In this document: positions 58,843-64,000 of the stretch, piece after piece | Layout: every line of letters begins with the position of its first letter | Position numbering within the stretch: position 1 is the first letter of the stretch | NCBI GenBank assembly: GCA_965203055.1 | Contig: OZ241863.1 | Location: 896,001-960,000 of the forward strand | DNA: 64,000 bases | Direction of reading: 5' to 3' | DNA from: Spirochaetia bacterium | GTDB taxonomy: Bacteria; Spirochaetota; Spirochaetia; SZUA-6; Bin103 | The notes under the pieces: model-generated | Database searches by the model: none | The model's input: only the letters and a program-made list of their open reading frames with translations | Told to the model about the DNA's origin: nothing | Made by a program: the position numbers and the translations under genes

Positions 58843-58867
58843 CCTCCCTTCCGCGTTGGGGGGCGCA
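58778..58867. repeat. About 28-bp direct repeat carrying RBS+ATG at the start of the ABC gene
   Basis: TCATCCTCCCTTCCGCGTTG(5/6)CGCA at 58778 and 58839. Confidence 0.8.
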
Positions 58868-58874
58868 TGCCCAT

Positions 58875-61106
58875 TCACGACGACTCCACGAGCCGATAAT
58901 AGCGACCGCCCTTGTCCTGCATCAGGTCCTGGTGGGTGCCGCGCTGCACCTCGCGCCCGTGTTCCAGGACCACGATCAAGTCACTGTCGCGGATGGTGCT
59001 CAGCCGATGGGCCACGATGATGCAGGTGCAACCCCGGCGCCGCAACGCGTCGTCGATGCGCACCTCGGTGATCGTGTCGAGCGACGAGGTAGCCTCGTCC
59101 AGGATCAGCACCGACGGGTTGTTGACCAGCGAGCGCGCGATCTCCAGCCGCTGCCGCTGGCCGCCGCTGAAGTTGCGCCCCTCCTCGTCGACCGGCGAGT
59201 CGTAGCCGAGCGGCCGGGAGATGATCTCTTCGTGGATGTACGCGTCTTGCGCGGCCGCCAGCAGGGTATGGTCCGGCACGTCCGGGATCCACATGGTCAG
59301 GTTGTCGCGGACCGTGTCCGCGAACAGGAAGATATGCTGGTCGACCAGAGACACGGAGCTGGTCAGCAGCTCGCGCGGGATTGCGCTGCGCGGGAGCCCG
59401 TCGATCAGGATCTCGCCGGACCACGGCTGATAGATGCCGGCCACCAGCGCCGACAGCGTCGACTTGCCGGAGCCGCTGGGGCCGACGATCGCCACCCGCT
59501 GGCCCGGCTCGATGGTCAGGCTGAAGTCCTTGAGCAGGGGCTCGCGGTTGCCCTGGTAGCCGAAGGTGACGTTGCGCAGCTCGATCCGCCCCTTCAGCCG
59601 CAGCCGCCCGGCCAAGGTCGAGACCCGGCCGCCGGAGGTGTCGGCAGCCGTCTCGTAGGTGCGGTCCTCGGGCGCGTCGAGCACGTCGTCCAGGCGCTGC
59701 AGATCCGCTTCCAGAATCTGAAACTGATCCGCGAACTGGATGAAGCGTCCGATCGGCAGCAGGAAGTTGGCCGCCGCCATGTAGAACGCCGTCAGCATGC
59801 CGACGGTCATGTCGCCGGCCATGACGCGCCAACCGCCGATGCCGAGCACGGCTGCGTTGCCGAGGACCAGGAACAACATCGGCAGGGCGGCGTTCACGTA
59901 GCCCAGCTCGGCGAACCGTTGCCGGGCGAGCAGCTCGCGCGCCTGATACCCGGTCCAGCGGGCGAAGAAGTGGTCCTCGGCGGCGGTCGCCTGCAGGGTG
60001 TCGATCTTGCCGACGCCGAACATGCCGATCCCGTAGAGCATGCCCTGCTCGCGTCGGAGGCGGCGGTTTTCGTCCACCCGGGCGCGCGCCAGCAGGCGCA
60101 TGGCGAGGGCGCTCGACGCGCCGATCGCCACCACCACCGCGCACAGCAGCGGGTCGTACACCAGCATGAGCGCGAGGAACGCCAGGCTGGTGACCAGCTC
60201 GAGGGCGATGCCGAGGAGGTGGCGCGTGGCGACGTTCGACACCGAGTCGAGAAGCTGGATGCGGGAGGTCAGGTCGCCGGCCAGGCGGTCCGCGAAGAAC
60301 CGCATCGGCAGCCGGAACATCCGGGTCATGAAGTGCGTGGCGTGATCGATGGAGAGGCGCACGGCGAGCAGCCGGAGGCAGCGCTCCCGGAGCCAGGTGA
60401 GGAGGTAGAGCAGGCCGGCGGCGCCGACGAGAGTGCCGGCCAGCACCGCGCCCCAGGACGGTTCGTGCCCGGGGAGCACGTAGTCGACGAACAGGCTCAC
60501 CAGGAACGGCAGCGCAAGGGAGGGCAGGGCCAGCAGCAGCCCGCAGCACATCGCGTACGCCATCGGTTTCTTGACGTCGCGCAGCCACGGCAGGATGCGG
60601 TACAGGAGGCCGGGGCGGGTGCCGCCGGGCTGGAACTCCGGCTCCGGCTCGAACGTCAGCGTGACCCCGGTGAACGCCTGGTCGAACTCCTCCGCGCTGA
60701 CCGAGCGGTGGCCGCTGGCCGGGTCGTTGATCAGGTAGCGGTCGCCGCGAAACCCTTCGAGGACCACGAAGTGGTGGAACTCCCAGAACAGGATCATCGG
60801 CAGCGGCGAGCCGCGCAGTTGGTGCGGCTGCTTGCGCCATCCCCTGGCCTTGAGACCGTAGCGGCGCGCCGCGCGGAAGATGTCGGCCGCCGAGCAGCCG
60901 TCGCGGCCGACCGAGCACGCGTCCCGCAGCTCCTCGATGGATACCCAGCGCCCGAAGTGCGACAGCACGATTCCCAGGCACGCGGCGCCGCACTCCGTCT
61001 CGGTGAGCTGCAGCAGCACGGAGGTGCGCACCCGCTGCCGCGCCGGGACCGCGCGCGTGGCCCTGATCCGTTTCAGCGCCTGATCGAGCGCAGCTTGAGA
61101 GCTCAT
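58875..61106 (-). CDS. NHLM/NHLP C39 peptidase-containing ABC transporter
   Basis: QLTETECGAACL, HHFVV, INDPA; GPSGSGKST, FSGGQRQR and LDEATS. Confidence 0.93.
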   Translation of the reverse strand: MSSQAALDQALKRIRATRAVPARQRVRTSVLLQLTETECGAACLGIVLSHFGRWVSIEELRDACSVGRDGCSAADIFRAARRYGLKARGWRKQPHQLRGSPLPMILFWEFHHFVVLEGFRGDRYLINDPASGHRSVSAEEFDQAFTGVTLTFEPEPEFQPGGTRPGLLYRILPWLRDVKKPMAYAMCCGLLLALPSLALPFLVSLFVDYVLPGHEPSWGAVLAGTLVGAAGLLYLLTWLRERCLRLLAVRLSIDHATHFMTRMFRLPMRFFADRLAGDLTSRIQLLDSVSNVATRHLLGIALELVTSLAFLALMLVYDPLLCAVVVAIGASSALAMRLLARARVDENRRLRREQGMLYGIGMFGVGKIDTLQATAAEDHFFARWTGYQARELLARQRFAELGYVNAALPMLFLVLGNAAVLGIGGWRVMAGDMTVGMLTAFYMAAANFLLPIGRFIQFADQFQILEADLQRLDDVLDAPEDRTYETAADTSGGRVSTLAGRLRLKGRIELRNVTFGYQGNREPLLKDFSLTIEPGQRVAIVGPSGSGKSTLSALVAGIYQPWSGEILIDGLPRSAIPRELLTSSVSLVDQHIFLFADTVRDNLTMWIPDVPDHTLLAAAQDAYIHEEIISRPLGYDSPVDEEGRNFSGGQRQRLEIARSLVNNPSVLILDEATSSLDTITEVRIDDALRRRGCTCIIVAHRLSTIRDSDLIVVLEHGREVQRGTHQDLMQDKGGRYYRLVESS

Positions 61107-61110
61107 GGCG

Positions 61111-62013
61111 TCAACCGCTCCGGCCGAACAGCAGGGCCGCCGGCGACCGCCTGCCCAGCGCGATCCGCACCCGCCCGCCGGTGCCGTCGGCGAGCGGCGG
61201 GGCCGGCGGGTCGTCCAGCACCAGCCGCAGCAGGTACGCCGGGGCGGGCGGCGCCAGCCCCAGGTCGGCCAGCCACTCGGGGGCCGCGACCGGCCCCGGC
61301 GACACCGTCTCCACGCGCGCCGGCAGCGTGCCGGAACCGGGCTGCTCCGGCTGCGCCACCAGCACCTCCGCGGGCATGCCGTCCTCCAGCCGCTCGGCCT
61401 CCTGCGGCGACAGGAAGGCCAGCGCCTGCCAGGCGTCGGCGGACCTGCCGCGCACCTGCGCGACCGTCTCTCCGGCGCGCACCGGCTGGCCCGGAACCAG
61501 ACGGTGCGCCACCAGCGTGCCCGGGTGGGTGGCGGCGATCGTCTCTCCCGCGCGGACTTCGATCTCTCCCAGCTCGTCCCGCGCCGCCGCGACCAGTGCG
61601 TCGCGGAGCGCCGCGGCGGCGGCCTCGGCGGGCCGCGGCTCCTCCTCGACCACTCCTACGATGGTGCGCGTGATCCGCGCCTGGCGCTCCGCTTCCGGCA
61701 GGCGCACGCGGGCGATCGCCTGCCCCGCCTCCAGCGTGTCGCCGGCGTCGGCCAGTATCTCGATGACGGTACCGGTCACCGGGGACACGATGGCGTAGCG
61801 CTCGCCCGGCCGGACCAGCACCGCGTTGGCCGAGAGGTGGCGCTCCACGCTGCCGAACATCGCCCAGACGAGGAACACGAGCAGCGCCGCGCCGAGTCCG
61901 GCCAGCACCATCCACTCATGGGGCGCGGTGACCTGCAGCCGCCCGTCGAGCGGCTCCGGGCGCGACCGGCGGGCCACCGCCTCTTCCCTGAAAACCTTGC
62001 TATAGAATAACAA
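61111..62013 (-). CDS. NHLM-type HlyD/membrane-fusion secretion protein
   Basis: VFREEAV..PEPLD..LQV, one TM helix, lipoyl-like SPVTGTV and C-terminal SPAALLF. Confidence 0.85.
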   Translation of the reverse strand: MLFYSKVFREEAVARRSRPEPLDGRLQVTAPHEWMVLAGLGAALLVFLVWAMFGSVERHLSANAVLVRPGERYAIVSPVTGTVIEILADAGDTLEAGQAIARVRLPEAERQARITRTIVGVVEEEPRPAEAAAAALRDALVAAARDELGEIEVRAGETIAATHPGTLVAHRLVPGQPVRAGETVAQVRGRSADAWQALAFLSPQEAERLEDGMPAEVLVAQPEQPGSGTLPARVETVSPGPVAAPEWLADLGLAPPAPAYLLRLVLDDPPAPPLADGTGGRVRIALGRRSPAALLFGRSG

Positions 62014-62164
62014 CGAGCGTGCCCCCCGACTCCTTGATCTGGCTCCGACCACGCGCGGCAGCCGCCGGGCGGCTGCCGCGCGCCGGTATCGGCTACCGGC
62101 CTGGCAGGTTTATGGCGGCCGCAGTATAACCGCTTGCCGCATGCGTTTGTAGTAGTAGCGCTAC

Positions 62165-63691
62165 CTAATGGGTGGCGGGTTCCCAGATGCGGTTCCGGCG
62201 CGCCTCGAAGAAGCCCTGGTTGGTGGGCCGCAGCTTCCACAGCTCGACCTTGCGCAGCGTCAGCGGCGGCGTGGCGCGCGCCCGGCTCCCGAAGAGATAG
62301 GCGCGCAGCTCGGCGCCGCGGCTGGGGTACGGCATGAACGCGGTCAGCGCCGCCTGGCGGTCGTTGACGAACACCTCCACCAGGTACTTGTCGACGAAGA
62401 CGCGCAGCTCCAGGTCTTCGCCCGGAGGCAGCTCGGCCACCGCGAACGGCGCCTCGGTGCCGCCGACGCTGATGGTGCCCGACTCCGGCCGGATCAGAAT
62501 CGGCAGCCCCTCGTGGATGTCGCTGGAGAACAGCAGCAGGCCGAAGCGGCGGCGCTCGGCCTGGGCGCGGTCGACGGTGACCCGTATCTCCAACGCGTCG
62601 TGGTACATCTCGGCGAGCGTGGTGGCGGCGTAGGGGCGATCTCCCTTGGAGACGGTGTACGGCTGCACCGCCACGTCGCGCAACTCCACCGGATCGTAGC
62701 GCAACGACTCCAGCTCGCGCAGCGGCGCGATTCGCAGGCTGCCGTCGTCGTGCAGGCTCAGCTCGCGCGGCAGCGACTGCACCGTCTTCAGGTCGATCTC
62801 CTCGTCGGCGGTGGCCAGCCAGGCCCACATCACCCGCCGCCCGTCCGCGGTGAGCACGCTCTCCGGCGCGAAGAAGTCGCGGTAGGCCGGCGCGGTGATC
62901 GACTGGACGGCGCGCCGCCAGTTCATCCGCCCGTGAGTCTGCGGCACGAACTGTTCCGCCTGCGCGTCCCAGTCGCCGAGGTAGTAGCGGCAGCCGATCT
63001 GGTGGCTGATGCACAGCAGCATCCACTTGTCGCCGAGCGGGAACAGGTTGGCGCACGAGGTGTCCTCGCCCATGGCGACGGCGGGCAGCTCGTGCTTGAG
63101 GAGCGGCCCGACGTAGCGCCAGTTCACCAGGTCGGTGGACTTGACCAGCTCCAGGTTGTCGCCCGCGGAATAGGCGTAGTAGGCGTCGCCGACGCGGAAC
63201 AGGTCGGGGTCGCCGCTCAGGATCACCCGCTTGCCGGGAGGCACGCCGGCCGGAAGGATCGGGTAGGGCTTGCCCCAGCGGCTGAGCTGGTTGTCCTCGG
63301 CTACGGTGACGTAGGTGCGGCCCGGATCGGACAGGCCGGGATAGATCGCCGCCGGCTTGCCCTCCTTGGTGATGAAGCCGGTGCCGCTGAAGGTGCCGTG
63401 GCCGGTAAAGCTTGGCTGCAGCTTGGTGGTCTGCCACTTCCAGTGCAGCATGTCGGTGCTGGTCACGTGGATGAAGCAGAACGAATGCTTGCCGTCCCGG
63501 AGCCGCGCCGTGCCGCCCTGCCACGGGTGGCGCAGGATGTAGTGCAGGTGATAGACGCCGTCCAGGCAGTAGGCGAGGTTGGGGTCGCCGGGCTGGCTGT
63601 CCTCGCCGGGGTGCATCAGATGGAAGTTGAGGGCCAAGTCGTAGGTTACGGTGGTGGCGGCATCGAAGCCGGGTGATGGTGATGGTAGCAT
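62165..63691 (-). CDS. Glycoside hydrolase family 32-like protein
   Basis: FHLMHP..GDPN..YHLHY, FSGTG, GDPD, FAPES, SLPREL and VDKYLVEVFVN; start uncertain. Confidence 0.78.
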   Translation of the reverse strand: MLPSPSPGFDAATTVTYDLALNFHLMHPGEDSQPGDPNLAYCLDGVYHLHYILRHPWQGGTARLRDGKHSFCFIHVTSTDMLHWKWQTTKLQPSFTGHGTFSGTGFITKEGKPAAIYPGLSDPGRTYVTVAEDNQLSRWGKPYPILPAGVPPGKRVILSGDPDLFRVGDAYYAYSAGDNLELVKSTDLVNWRYVGPLLKHELPAVAMGEDTSCANLFPLGDKWMLLCISHQIGCRYYLGDWDAQAEQFVPQTHGRMNWRRAVQSITAPAYRDFFAPESVLTADGRRVMWAWLATADEEIDLKTVQSLPRELSLHDDGSLRIAPLRELESLRYDPVELRDVAVQPYTVSKGDRPYAATTLAEMYHDALEIRVTVDRAQAERRRFGLLLFSSDIHEGLPILIRPESGTISVGGTEAPFAVAELPPGEDLELRVFVDKYLVEVFVNDRQAALTAFMPYPSRGAELRAYLFGSRARATPPLTLRKVELWKLRPTNQGFFEARRNRIWEPATH

Positions 63692-63724
63692 GATTGACTG
63701 CGAATGTATCATATTGTCGTCATC

Positions 63725-64000
63725 ATGTACTTGAATCGGATTACCTCTCGACTGGGGCCGGCGCTGGCGGCGGCGCTGTTGATGGTTCCCGCGGCCGGGT
63801 TTGCGCGGGTCAGCGACGACACCATAACGCTGGGCGCCGCGGTGTCGCTGACCGGCAAGTACACCACCGCCGGCAACCACACCCGCAAGGGCTACGACCT
63901 TGCCGTCGATCTGATCAACCGGGCCGGCGGCGTGCGCGTCGCCGGCAAGGACTATCGGCTCGAAATCCTCTATTACGACGACGAGTCGACGCCCGCGCGC
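63725..64000 (+). CDS. Branched-chain amino acid-type ABC substrate-binding protein (partial, runs off the window)
   Basis: Own translation: signal peptide, then ITLGAAVSLTGKY..GYDLAVDLINRAGG..YYDDES. Confidence 0.85.
   Translation, partial: MYLNRITSRLGPALAAALLMVPAAGFARVSDDTITLGAAVSLTGKYTTAGNHTRKGYDLAVDLINRAGGVRVAGKDYRLEILYYDDESTPAR

Overview
A GC-rich bacterial chromosomal window that mixes housekeeping genes with many small accessory inserts. Housekeeping and metabolic genes include topA, recQ, modABC, malate synthase, bcp, sodC, two family-5 ABC importer clusters without ATPases, several dehydrogenases, and AlkD- and YcaQ/AlkZ-type glycosylases. The accessory inserts are: a triple-Imm53 orphan immunity protein; two convergent type II R-M-like pairs, each with its own apparent controller and promoter palindrome; a PHP-SMC ATPase (Ppl-like) plus Schlafen/AlbA_2 cassette; a long HNH gene containing repeated DNA palindromes; a split relic of a large R-M gene; a truncated ISL3; and an NHLP-leader RiPP precursor facing its three-gene exporter with no tailoring enzyme in view. 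The most unusual signal is three paralogous lipoproteins with 14, 12 and 10 [10 protein letters not shown] repeats. Their inter-repeat linkers are mirror-symmetric about a central turn, which suggests a nested out-and-back hairpin stalk inserted into a small anchored domain. I found no rRNA, tRNA or CRISPR array. All calls come from reading motifs by eye; no database searches were run, and start codons are best estimates.
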